The position numbers and the translations under genes were made by a program. Under the pieces are notes generated by a model. That model saw nothing but the letters and a program-made list of their open reading frames with translations, made no database searches and had not been told where the DNA came from. A stretch of 64,000 nt of DNA from Botryllus schlosseri (lineage: Eukaryota). The stretch lies in contig CM119371.1 in assembly GCA_051294905.1 (NCBI GenBank), positions 39,310,001 to 39,374,000 of the forward strand. Reading direction: 5' to 3'. Positions within the stretch are counted from its first letter, which is position 1. Each line of letters starts with the position of its first letter. This document shows, piece by piece, positions 12,601-24,175 of the stretch.

Positions 12601-14005
12601 GCAAAATGGCGTCAGATCTGGCGCAAGCCGGTGACGTAAGCGGCGGTGGTCGAAATAGTCATAGTCTCTAAAATAAAAGAAGACGTAACGGTGTCAATGT
12701 CTACTGAGCTACCACTAAAAGGACTACTTTCCAAGAGGTGTAAAAACTACCTCAAGTTGAAGTAGACTATGATAGGTCTGAAAAGTATTCGAGCGGATCG
12801 TTTCAAAACCTATATTCGGCCTGGGAACGACGCACGTTTTAGCAGTTATTAAAATTTGACTGCGTTCGGAATCGCAAGAGGAAATGTTTCGTGACTGCTG
12901 CATGAATGATTGGAATATCATAGAGAACTATCCAGGCACACTCTGTGCCACTGTGTCCTCGGCAATACATCTAACATGCGTGAGATAGTTTAGGCATGTC
13001 TTGAAATAGGTACTTCGACTTATCGTTCAGAATCATCTATGATTATTATGACCAGTAATCAGAGGTGGTCAATGACGACGTATAGCTACTTTTGACGTGC
13101 ACTCAAATTGTTTTCACCTTTGCTTTGCCTACTAAGGCTCCGCCTACCTGCTATACTCACTCCACTGATCGTGCTTTACACTTCGTATTCTTTTAATGTT
13201 GTAAATTAGGAAACAATATTAGGGTATATTTGCATCAGTTTTCCGTGTCAAATAGTCATGCGGTCGTCGAAATAGCTGGAAACTGAACTAACACTGTGAC
13301 TAAATATATTTTTGAAAATTGCACATATTAGTAGCTCCATTAATGGTTCGGGTTGGTCGCGAAGTTACACTTCGCAATTTCGTAAGAATATTCGCGTCCG
13401 ATTAACTGCGACAACTGCTGACTTGAGTACTTTTCAATCCCTTTTCAGCTCGAATTGGTTTTGACGTGTCTTGCAAATCACCACTGCTACTTGTAATTGA
13501 ATATAATTTGCGACGTGAGCTGTATACTTCTAGCTTAGTAGAAATTAGAAAGGCTGAATACTTGTGCATGTCTAGGTTCGTGTGCTGGATGTCTGATTTC
13601 AACGACTATTTTTCTAATTTTTTCATTATATCACGAACTTGCAGTTTTCTGGAAGGATGAAATTATCAACAATAAACGGAACTGAGCCGAACCCTTTCCT
13701 ACTGTAACAGATCATCATTCTTCCTCGTTTGAAATCGTTTTCGTGATTTCAGTGTGCTTTTCCGTGATCTATTGGGTCTGTCTGAAAATGTTTGGATCGG
13801 ATTGAAAGACACCGACGGAATAGGGACCGCGAGTCCCGTTTGGCTCGACGAGTCGCCTTACGTCACTGAAAGGATGACATTCGAGATCCCGCCGACAAGC
13901 AGGAAATTAAACATCGGCGCCGCAATTTCAATCTCGTACAGAAACATCATGTTTGCCCCGCCTGCATCGAGATACCACTACGTGTGTGAGGACTGCGCAG
14001 TTTGA
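9663..14005 (+). CDS. Secreted C-type lectin-like protein, ~203 aa, 5 coding exons: 9663-9702, 9762-9811, 10415-10526, 12424-12580, 13753-14005
   Basis: All introns are GT-AG and phases 1,0,1,2 give one open frame. Signal-peptide-like MRFHASLILLLAAVVCKAS. CTLD motifs: WVEYEGCRY, AISDC...GHLV, VWIGLKD, W.D.S, YVCE. Exons 1-3 are less certain than exons 4-5. Confidence 0.75.
11207..11687. mobile_element. hAT MITE (CAGGGGCGGGCAAC type), intronic
   Basis: Termini CAGGGGCGGGCAACT ... AGTTGGCGATCCCTG with GCGGGCC subterminal motifs; TSD not clean. Confidence 0.6.
11703..11830 (+). mobile_element. 3' fragment of SINE family 1
   Basis: GTCTTACAAAAGCCTAGAAGTGTGCCGTGCTACAAGTCGG...GTAGTCGACAAACACCATGATTACCACAAAC aligns to ~14858-14975. 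Confidence 0.75.
12105..12225 (-). mobile_element. degenerate Penelope-like pseudo-LTR fragment
   Basis: Aligns to 21400-21520 (CTTGGAG.TACA.AACTTCAATAT...ACCCGAATATTTTCG...GGGGTAA.CGTCAGCAACTA). Confidence 0.7.
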
Positions 14006-14280
14006 AGGCACATAACATTGTAGTTTGCGCATCTTTGACAATGTCGCGTTATCGCATTTTAAACGTATTCCGTCAATCCATGTCTTTATGTATTCGTTGT
14101 ATTTTGCGGGTCCGCTCGAGATTAACAAAGACTCAGAAATGCTATTGCTATATCCAGGTTTTGTTTTCCATTGCAGTACTGTTGTTGCTGTTTTGGGTAT
14201 CCATGGTGTTACGAACTGTGGTCATTTACACCAGGCTGATATTTCTGATTTCCATTCCTGGTCTGTTGATTTGCAGCACG

Positions 14281-14652
14281 CAGACATGGACAACTTGATA
14301 ATTCTAAATCTCTAGTTGGAATAATGAGAACGATATCCTAATTTAATTTGTGAGGTGCATCTTAGTTCTATTTTTAATTCCAATCGAATTTCTGGTTTTC
14401 CTGAAAATGTAACATGAGAACTGCACGGTGCGAATTGATCCAAGCTTTCTGTACAGACGTTTGTTATTCTACTGTATATGAGAATGGGCTCTAATTTGAT
14501 ATGAACGGAACTTCATTCAATGTCCAACTTTTCGCGAATTCGGTAATTCCAATTCAATATTGCGTCAAATTTGAAAAAAAAAACTGCGTAACTATAATTC
14601 TTATTCTAATCAAGTTTGGAAAAGATGCAAATTTTCTAGTTGTTCAAGTCTG
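14281..14652. mobile_element. MITE with CAGAC(A/T)TGGACAACT termini
   Basis: CAGACATGGACAACT ... AGTTGTTCAAGTCTG; related copies at ~8676, ~40896-41312 and ending at 48340. Confidence 0.7.
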
Positions 14653-14715
14653 CTATGGCAAAGACTCAATTTTCGTTTTAGGCTTTTGTAAGACACCGCT
14701 TGCGCGCCATAGTGG

Positions 14716-14980
14716 ATAGATAGCGTAGTGGTATAATCCACAGCTGCAACACTAATAGATTGCGGATGTGAGTCCGACCACGGTCGATTCTAGAACTCCT
14801 ATCTAATTGTTGGAGGCTCGGCTAGGCTCCTCCTCGCCATCTCATCCGTGTAAGCGGTGTCTTACGAAAGCCTAGAAGTTAACGGTGCTGCAAGTCGGCA
14901 GCTACGGAATAAAAATCAAGATATCCCTGATGTAAACGACCATAGTAGTCGACAAACACCACGAATACCAAAACGAAAAC
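14716..14980 (+). mobile_element. tRNA-derived SINE family 1, near full length
   Basis: A-box TAGCGTAGTGG (14721-14731), anticodon-loop-like CTGCAA, degenerate B-box GGATGTGAGTCC, core GGTGCTGCAAGTCGG, tail ...GTCGACAAACACCACGAATACCAAAAC. Confidence 0.75.
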
Positions 14981-15599
14981 GCCGCTTTCACGGATCACAT
15001 TTATCACAGTAATTGACAGTACTTTTGTGTATTGTGTCTATCTTGGTCGTATGGGCCGGGATTCTCACAACGAATCTTACAATAAAGGAAAGGCTTAATC
15101 TGAAAGTAAAAGCAGTGCGGTACGTGTAGCATGGAGCCAGTTCTCGCGTTCTTCAGGATTTGGGCAATTTGCCTTTGGTTAACTGCATTCCCGCCAGCAG
15201 TTGGTAAACAAAGGACGCCAACTGGCGGCACATGATATCCGTGCATGTAAACATTTAAGTCACGATGCTCGAACATTCCACTGAATGAATACTGATGTGC
15301 GTTCGAGTTTGTTGGATTGCCATCTGATATGTCCATTTAGCCTGCTGACATATTCCACTTCATTTCAATCGCTTGTACGTTTTGTGTTATTTTATGTTAT
15401 TAGTTTTGATTCAGTGTACATTCCTCTTATATTATACACATGTTCCAGGCCAAGGTGGGTGTTTGATTGAAATACTATTGAATGGCGTTTCGTCTTCTTC
15501 CTATCGATTCATTTATCGAAATCTCGCGCTGTTTTGCAACGATTACATTATTACTAGGACGATTATTTGACATGTCAAAAAAGTCAAAATTCATTACTG

Positions 15600-15840
15600 A
15601 ACAAGACTACGTGGGAATTGGTTCTTATGTCAAGAAGCGCATGATGAAAAATGTGATGTAGACAACATTGTCAGAATAAGGCAACACGATGTGTCACCAG
15701 TAGTGTACGCACAACTTCGGTGTTCCCAGCTAACAACTGCTGCTGTTGAACGGTCTTTTTCCATTCTTAGTAAGGACAGACACTTTCTACTCGAGAATGT
15801 AGAAAAGTATCTTTCATTGTATTACTACAAATTTTAAATA
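15600..15840 (+). pseudogene. decayed hAT-like transposase C-terminal fragment
   Basis: Encodes VYAQLRCSQLTTAAVERSFSIL..., homologous to 55742-56041 and ~63640-63780; has stops and frameshifts. Confidence 0.7.
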
Positions 15841-16290
15841 TTTTTACAATAATGCATGATGCAACTACCGGAATTATTCTTCACAGGTCCATATTTTTTA
15901 AATAAGGTTTTTTCCATGTAAACATTTGTCCGTTTCTCGGTGAAAAAGTTTTCTTTCATGACAAACTACTTTGTCGGAACTGCCAGTTCTAACCAGAAAT
16001 GAAGATAAGTAGTACAATTCTAACATTGTGTGCGAAAACGCCTACTGTACAAGTACATGCACGAGGGCAAAATTTTGTCGAAGTTAGGTTTTCCAACGTA
16101 AAAAAGTAAAAATTTAGATTTTTAGGTCAAAATCTTCCATTTATAGGTAAAAATATTCGCTCTAATTATTACTAAACTGAACTGACATAGGCCTATACGA
16201 GTGTCCGTTAGACTCGAAAATAAATCGATTCCAGTTTGACATATTAGCAAATAAAGGCGTGACTCAGTTTTGAAATTCCAATAAATATTT

Positions 16291-16572
16291 TGAAGAACTT
16301 CTTGAAAGTACAGAGCTTCAGTATACAATTGAATAGTATATTCATATTGAAATGAGACCCGAATATTTTCGGCTGACACTCTTCAGGGGTAATCGTCAGG
16401 AACTAGTAGAGAATAAGAAAGAACATTGTATATCGATTGTTACGATTGTTGATATACAATGTTCTTTCTTATTCTCTACTAGTTGCTGACTATTACCCCT
16501 GACGAGTGTCAGCCGAAAAATTTGGGTTTCATTTCAATATGAATATACTATTTAATTGTATAATAAAGCTTT
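16291..16572. mobile_element. two Penelope-like pseudo-LTRs in inverted orientation, each with a hammerhead motif
   Basis: Minus copy ~16291-16440 and plus copy ~16445-16572 form a long palindrome. Motifs: CCCCTGAAGAGTGTCAGCCGAAAATATTCGGGT (minus) and CCCCTGACGAGTGTCAGCCGAAAAATTTGGGT (plus). Confidence 0.8.
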
Positions 16573-17606
16573 TGTGTTACCCTTGTAAAATGAAGATTTA
16601 TTGGCGTCGAAACTATAATGTACCTCCTCCGTCAGTCATGTATGTGCGATTTGATCACGGTAGCGACAAGGACTGCCTCTTTACGCACGTAACTCGACCT
16701 CCACGTAACTTAATTTTGTCCAAAAACATCAGTTGCACCCAGCCAGACTCGCGGGGTTTATAAGGTTTGAGTGTAAACATAGAGCTTTGTATTTCTGTGT
16801 CACCATTTTCGGCTCTCGATGCGCTGATTGTGATAGGCGAATTCTGTCTCGTATAGAATCCATTTCGTAGTTAGATTTCAGGGCGCAGTGTGATTTTTAG
16901 ATTTACCTATTGCTTACGGCGAGGTCGTTTGAGTTACTACATTGGGCCGAGTCGATTGGTAACAATGTAGATTCACCACTTGTTATGTAACGCAATGTCG
17001 CGATGTTTCAACTGAGAAAACACCACAATCATATAAGATATACAGTGATCAGATGGTGTCGGTTCCGTTTACGCAATAGCTTTGACGAAATCCGTAATCA
17101 GTCGAACAAGCCCGCTCGCTGAAGGTTTAAAATAGGCAGTAGGGAATATTAGTGTGGGTAGTACGAACATAAGTCAAGTTAGCGACATGCAAATAAGTGT
17201 TGATACTAGGTAAATTCGCATTTGCATAATCCCGCGACGTCCAGCAACATTTCCCACATTCGAACGAATTCAAGTCGTTACCGCGATGTATAACAAAAGA
17301 TCCTGACACAAACTTTACCGCGTTACCATTCGTTGAAAGGAGAAATTACACACTGGTATTAATATTTGTCCGATGTGATACGGATTTCATCCGATATAAG
17401 ATCCCGTGACAAATCACAGCGCAAACCTACGATTGGAGTGGGGTTTGGGCGCTGTTGTGTCTGAAGGGCAATATATCGCGTCCTTGTTACGAAATAATTC
17501 GTCTTGTTGCTATGGTTTGTCAGAATTCACCACTATCAAGTTGAGTCCGTGGTCATATGAGCATGCAACAATTGGGTATGGGAAACATGATCATGTGGGT
17601 AAAATT

Positions 17607-18883
17607 CAGATGTGGTCAGTAACGAAGTACTTCTACTTTTTCGAAGTACTCAAGTAGTTTCTTCCACTTCTGGTACTTACTCAAGTAGATCTTTTTTCCG
17701 CTACTTCTTCTACTTCTACTTCCTAATATTTAGTAAACTACTTACTTACTTTTAGATATTTCCAGTTTGTCAAGTGGAAGTAGTTTAATCCCCCAATAAG
17801 AAATATAGCCTAAGGAGTTTCGGAGCTGCTTTCACTCAGTACCAACACTTGATTTTCGTAAAAGTCATGTAATACCCAGAATTATCGTTGCGCTTCGCGC
17901 AGTAGATATTGAGGGACAAATATGTTTTAACGAAAGCATCGCTGAATATTTAGATACCGGGTTGCGTGGACCTCATTGTCGCCTATATCAAATATTTCAT
18001 TGCAGTAAGTATGGCCCCCATAACGCTTGAAACTACCGTTTCGGAATCTAGCAATTACCTAATATACCTAGCAGCCCGCATGACGTGTCCTAATCTGGAA
18101 AAGTGGACTTTGACTTTTTTGAACGTTAAACCTGTTTTAGCTGACCATCATTGGAAATTTCTGGACAAAAGACATGAAATCTATTTTCCGCGTTTTAGAA
18201 GTTAAGTATATGTAGTTTTCTTTCAATTTCGAGTGTTATACGTTGAGTTCTAATTATAGTTTCAGTTCTTTTGTCTGTAGAACATCAATTTATAAGTATA
18301 AAAGCAAGTGTACTAATGCCTTACATTTTCCGACAAAAAAGCTATACACTATATGTGGCATTTTTACGATCTGCCATATTTTTAATCAACCTATACTAAG
18401 CACGCGAACTGTTAAAGCAGTATGCGACACAACTTCTCGTATTGCTCTTCGACTGAGCTAGGGGCCTTATATGGTGGAGGGCGCCATGCCCTGATATTCC
18501 CTAAAACGGGGTGTTCGAGTAAACAAAGGATTAGTATCGCATTTCCATATCAATACTATCATTTAGATCCCATGTCGTGGACGACTGCTGAAGTGCTTAT
18601 TCTGTCAAAAATTGACACCTCCTGGTACGCATCAATATGAATCAAGCTCTCTACACCATCCGCATATCTCCATTTGCAGCTTTTGAGAGTCCTTGCGAAC
18701 GAATTACGATCGTTTTCATAACTACTTACTTGAGTAGATTTAAACTCACACAATTCTACTTTTACTTCAAGTAGTTTAAAGCTGCTTATGAAAGAAGTAC
18801 TTCTACTCGCACTCGAGTAGATTTTTTCTTTGTTACTTCTACTTCTACTTGAGAAGCTTTTTCGACTACTTTGACCACCTCTG
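17607..18883. mobile_element. hAT MITE with AGTAGAAGTA/TACTTCTACT subterminal repeats
   Basis: TIRs CAGATGTGGTCA ... TGACCACCTCTG; perfect 8-bp TSD GTAAAATT (17599-17606, 18884-18891). Related partial copies at 3.6-4.2, 42.9, 45.3, 57.9-59.1 and 61.5 kb. Confidence 0.9.
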
Positions 18884-20058
18884 GTAAAATTACGGGTTTC
18901 GCGTGGATTAGTTTTATATTTATGGATGAATTAGGGACTTGGGGTTATGGTTCGGGTTTGAATATATATTGGTGATAATTTCAGGGTTATGTGTGGTGTT
19001 AGGGTTAGCTTTGGTGTTATAAAGTAAAATGCTTAAGTGACGCATGCTAAAGTGTCCCATGCTCAACTGCCGTTTTCCATTGTGTCGCAAGCTCACATGT
19101 CGGGCGACCATCGAGAGGGCATTACAAAGACACCAGACAAATAACAATTGCGGCTAGTTTATTAATTTTCGGTAAATTGTTAGTGGGTAATCATTGTTAG
19201 TTGCGACAGTATTCCTATTAGAGATATTTTAAGTGGTAGCAGAAAATGGACGGTCTGAAAACTGAAAAGGCGGATTTGGAGGCAGTATGACCAGATTTTA
19301 TGAGACATTGATATTCGCTAATAGCTAATTTGTAAATTATAAGATGCATATTCAAGACTAACGCAAAAAGACTAATGACTGTGCAAATATTCAGTTATCG
19401 TTAGGGGTTATATCGCAAACTTGTTATGACAATTTAACCCCTAAACGTGTTACCAACATATCCCAAAACCTCTCTTTGCTTTCAAAATTCCAAGTCTGAA
19501 AAGTAAGTAGTTGGGACTTGAAGACTGTGAAATTGAAGCCGTAGTCCAAAGACATAACAGCTTGAGTAATTATACAGTAGAAGTAGGGAATACCTACTTC
19601 GGTACTATTGCCTCTTTACTGACAATCTCCAGAGCTACGTTACACATGATTGTAGATGTAGACTCAAATGGATAAACCTGTAAATTTTAATTCGTGGTGC
19701 GAACTTTGTGGTAACACCTTGTTTCTAATGTCGGACACATATGATACTATTACAACAATCGATGGGTATGCCATTTATGGTGGTTGGCGGACGTCCTGTG
19801 ATAAACTCACAATGAGGTCATCCAGCCAGCAAAGAATCAAATATCAGCTTACAAAATACTTGTAGCATCACCTATAAAAGAAATCCGCTCATTCTTGTAT
19901 CATAATAGTATAAAGTCAGTTCGGTATCGGATCAAGACGGACGTGTCAAGCATCCAATGACGATTTGCATATGGCATACGTGCTTGGAAAAGAATTAACT
20001 TTCGACTATTTGCGACAATACTTGGGTCTGAAGTGACTTCAGTAGCGATCCGGATATC

Positions 20059-20919
20059 ATGAGCTTGTTTGGAGCATATTTGTCGTCTGTGCTGTCACTG
20101 GTGAACTTTGTGACGGATATCTGCTCGGTTTGGATATACTGGATGCACACGGACGATAGTTTGGACGGTTTCTATGTAGCGCTTATCTCTACACTGATCT
20201 TATTTATAAGTCCCATACCTATTACCATGGGTATAGCGTGTACCTTCACCAAAATATCAACTAAAGTGGAAACAACTTTGCGCAAAGCAAAATCGATCGA
20301 ATTGACATTGACAGCTATACCTCAACTATGGATCAGTTTATACGCTTTATCAGTTGGCGCAAATCTACTTAACGGGGAAAGAACACTGTTACTCGTGTCA
20401 TCAGCTATGTCGTATTTATCAGTATGCGCGATCCTACCACGTGCCGATAACAGAATTTTAGGTAAAACATTCCAAAACGATTGCATGACTGACTGCGACC
20501 GCTTCGTGGTTAACTCCTCAAAATGTGCGATATTTCTGGCGCGAATGTTGTTGCTGGTTTACATGACCTCACAGATAGGATGGAATACGGCTTTGTTTTT
20601 TGGGACGCACTGGATTTTGTTATCTGCTTTGTGTTTTTGTGCGATTTCAAGGCATTATACGAATCCGTGTCGAAATGCAATTGACGCGATCGAATCAGGA
20701 CTTTTGCATTTCTTCTCGTGGGTATGCCCGGTTAAGCGGACTTGGTCTCACTTCTTTATAACGGTGTATTTTATTTTGGAACACATTCTAGCGTGGATTA
20801 TATTGCTGTGTTTGCCTAACAACCAATCTACTTTTCTCATCGCCAATGTACTGGCATTTCATGTGTTGATGAATACCATCGCTACTTTTTTCATGGTTGC
20901 GTATGTTATTAAGAAATAA
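20059..20919 (+). CDS. XK-related (XKR-family) multipass membrane protein, putative phospholipid scramblase, intronless, 286 aa
   Basis: Many hydrophobic segments with XK-family-like motifs in the expected order: TM1 FVTDI, E..L.AIPQL.I.LY, S.AMSY.S, LARML, HW, F.LE. Confidence 0.8.
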   Translation: MSLFGAYLSSVLSLVNFVTDICSVWIYWMHTDDSLDGFYVALISTLILFISPIPITMGIACTFTKISTKVETTLRKAKSIELTLTAIPQLWISLYALSVGANLLNGERTLLLVSSAMSYLSVCAILPRADNRILGKTFQNDCMTDCDRFVVNSSKCAIFLARMLLLVYMTSQIGWNTALFFGTHWILLSALCFCAISRHYTNPCRNAIDAIESGLLHFFSWVCPVKRTWSHFFITVYFILEHILAWIILLCLPNNQSTFLIANVLAFHVLMNTIATFFMVAYVIKK

Positions 20920-21395
20920 CAGTTCGGATATAACATATCCTGCTACATTGAAGGGTTTACAATTACGCGGGAAGTAATATAAAGTCAATTATTGCATGGA
21001 GTCTCGTAGTATTGCGCCCAGCGCATGACCTCACTAGATAGGCCCTTGTGGTGCGTGCAACATATTCCTGCTGTGCGTCAACTTATATACCCGTTTCATT
21101 TAATTTCGCAAACAGCTTTTTCATTTCGAAGTATTCAAGGTGATTTATTTATTTCCATTGCCATTCTTGGTCTCTAGTAGACTATTTGTATTTACCGAAT
21201 GCGTTAATAAAATTCAAAAGTGCCGAAATCGACAGTTACCAGACTGTTGTTCCATGTCAATGAACTACGAAACAATTACTTTAGTATGGAAAAGACATTG
21301 TAAAAGAGAGGAGTATTCATCATGGAGTGTGTATACGTCATACATAGAACTACTATAGCATACTCAATGTATATCCATTTTGGTGAATATTGGTT

Positions 21396-22030
21396 TGAAG
21401 AGCTTCTTGGAGGTACAGAACTTCAATATGCAATTGAATAGTATACTCATATTGAAATGAACCCGAATATTTTCGGCTGACACTCGTCAGGGGTTATCGT
21501 CAGCAACTAGTAGAGAATTGGAAAGAACATTGTATATCAACAATCGTATCACAAAATATTACGTCAGCAGCATGAAGTTTCGTGAATGATAGAGCGTTCA
21601 ATGTACTATTTTTAGGCGGTACACGAACTCCTTTTGTTGACAGAGTTTTGATGATGCTGATCAATCAAAGGCCATTAATTCTGCCATCGGCAAACATCTG
21701 TTAGATAATCCGATTTGTGCGAATAATTAGCGAGACGACCGATTTCGAATTGTTGGTCGAGGCCGTTCACAATTCCATTTCTGTGCCTAAGAGTCGACTT
21801 TTATCGAAATACACCAACCAAAACTCTGTCAACAAAAGAAGTTCGTGTACCACCTAAAATAGTGCATTGAACGCTCTCTCATTCACGAAATTTCATGCTG
21901 GTGACGTAATATTTTGTGATACGATTGTTGATATACAATGTTCTTTCCAATTCTCTACTAGTTGCTGACGAATACCCCTGACGAGTGTCAGCCGAAAATA
22001 TTCGGGTTCATTTCAATATGAATATAATAA
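21396..22030. mobile_element. Penelope-like retroelement remnant: inverted pLTR + GIY-YIG endonuclease C-terminus + pLTR
   Basis: Plus strand ~21680-21860 translates SAIGKHLLDNPICANN*RDDRFRIVGRGRSQFHFCA*ESTFIEIHQPKLCQQKKFVYHLK, which resembles a PLE GIY-YIG end with two stops. 21396-21650 is the reverse complement of the 3' end/pLTR. Confidence 0.85.
21974..22007 (+). ncRNA. minimal type I hammerhead ribozyme motif in a Penelope pLTR
   Basis: ACCC-CTGACGA-GTGTCAGCC-GAAA-ATAT-TC-GGGT: stem I ACCC/GGGT, core CUGANGA and GAAA, palindromic AATATT helix III, UC cleavage site. Same motif at ~16357 (-), ~16495 (+), ~21460 (-), ~22699 (-), ~23080 (+, GGAAA variant) and ~37592 (-). Confidence 0.75.
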
Positions 22031-22694
22031 TCAATTGAATATTGGTTGTACTCGCAGCAAAAAGAAAATGTTGTATTCGGTGCGTACGTCTTCGTATCAT
22101 TCGTATTTGTGTGACACAGTCACAGCTGCCAGCGCAATGCACATTTTTCCTAATGACATCGTGCCATTTGAAAAATATGACTTCCATTGCCCCAATGCTC
22201 GCATCAGAACAAAATCAATTCAGAATTATTATTCATCAAAAGATCCGTGGAATAAACACGAATTGCTAAACAATCAAACATAAAGAATACGTCGAAACAA
22301 CTTCTTCAACACACTCGATCAACTCCTACCTCGGCCTGCAGGCTCTAATGGGCCGGAAATCATCACAACATTAGGAAATTGCACATGATATGCGCACTAT
22401 ATGAGGCACGAGGTGTCGGACAAACTGGATCATTTACGCCTCTCTTTCGAATCACGTAAAACATAAAAGTTTATCACACATGATAATCTCATAATCGGGG
22501 TGTCAAATTTGATTTTAAATAATTATACGTATTGTTAAGTGGTGGTAAGTATGTAAATAACTTCAACGGTATCGAAGTTGCAATATAAGTTTCTCAAAGC
22601 CCCTCGTAAATCACACAGGCTAGGGTTTTGGCTTTGGATCAATTCGAAATACAAATAAAATCGTTTCAATAATATATTCATGACAGAAATATAT

Positions 22695-23146
22695 TATAAC
22701 CCGAAGCTTTTCGAGCTGACACTCTTCAGGGGCAATCGTCACATAATGGGGAATTTCAAAAACATATTTCTGTCATGAATATATTATTAAAATGTACATT
22801 AAAGTTCTGTACCCCGAACAGTCTCTTCAAATAAAATCGTGGAACAAGCGTGATGTTCATATTTTGACAGATGGCCCACTGCATACGATAAGTAGCCAAC
22901 CCTTGACCTACGGAATTATCGAAATATTGGACAAGCAATAAAAATCAAGATACCATTTTCAATACGAGGCACAATGGAAGTAATAGTGTCAGCCAAAACA
23001 TATACTAGCATTTGAATAGCTTCTTGGAGGTACAGAACTTCAATATAACAATGATTAGCATATTGATATTGAAAGATTACCCCTGACGAGTGTCAGCCGG
23101 AAATATTCGGGTTCATTTCAATATGATTATACTATTCAATTGTATA
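22695..23146. mobile_element. Penelope pLTR fragments with hammerhead motifs, mixed orientation
   Basis: Minus copy at 22699-22741, minus fragment at ~23012-23073, plus copy at ~23075-23146. Confidence 0.75.
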
Positions 23147-24014
23147 TATTATCTAGAATGTATTCCAGTTTCATACTCTTCTTTCTCCTTTCTGCGGATG
23201 ATGTCATATATGAAGTGGCGGAAGAGCATTGTTTCAAGTCTATTGTTATAGCGTTGCTCCATTCGTTGCCTACAAACCCAGTATAAAAGTACGGTAATGT
23301 GACCGTGCCTGTAATAATATATTGCGTTGTAGTCTACGATTCTCACGGCGTCATGTTTTCATCACTGGCCGCGTGATGTGATTGTGATACTATCGTCTGT
23401 TCCAGGCGAATCACGTTGCAGACCACCTGATCTGCGAAGGTGTGGGCGAGGCGTGACTTATTACTATGCGAATCGCATAAACCCGATATCAACTTCGGGC
23501 AGCGTGTCTAATGTCAAGTCTAACGTCAACATTTGATCTAAGCAAATCTTTTTGGTGTCGACATCAGACGCTGTTCACGAATCAATCTCGTCTAAACATC
23601 ATTGGAATATTGCCAGATCGCAGATCGCATATGTTATGTACCGGTTGGAATGTTTCCGTGCGGGCCGTTTCGATTTTTGATTGGGTAGAATCGCATGTGT
23701 GTTTGGTTTGTAAATAGCATCGCGTAATTTGCGTAATATGTATTGTATAAGTCTGACGTATTGTAACTCAATGTGCGAACTCACCCCACTTGATTTCGAC
23801 GATGTTGTCAGTAATACTTAGTAGAAAAGTCACCATTTCTGATTGAGCTAACTACTTCGTTACAGCTTAATATTAACTTACTTTAATTGGCGTGAATATT
23901 TGTTATGCTCCGTACAGTATACACATTTTTTGTGGTTTTGTAGTTTTCGTTAGCATTTTACTTTTAGTAGCAATATCCCAATCGATGCTATATATACAAT
24001 ACATTGTATATAAT

Positions 24015-24175
24015 GCCGGTGACGTCATTGTTGGTCATACGATTGTTGATTTACAATGTTCTTTCCAATTCTCTACTGGTGTTTGACGATTACCCGAAAC
24101 CTTCGGATTTGTTTCAATATGAATATATAATTCAGTTACATATTGAATTTCTGTACCTCCAAGAAACTCTTCAAG
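24015..24175 (+). mobile_element. Penelope pLTR copy with the ribozyme core deleted
   Basis: Aligns to 21898-22030 and to the reverse complement of 21396-21460; reads ...GATTACCCGAAACCTTCGG..., with the CTGA..GTCAGC part missing. Confidence 0.7.

Noticed and set aside
14716..14785. tRNA-Cys-like gene (also a tRNA-like segment at 7820-7890)
   Set aside because: No complete cloverleaf; it continues into a repeated body and tail, so it is a SINE head.
18930..19020. TTAGGG-like telomeric motifs
   Set aside because: Only scattered degenerate copies, consistent with a repeat fragment rather than a telomere array.
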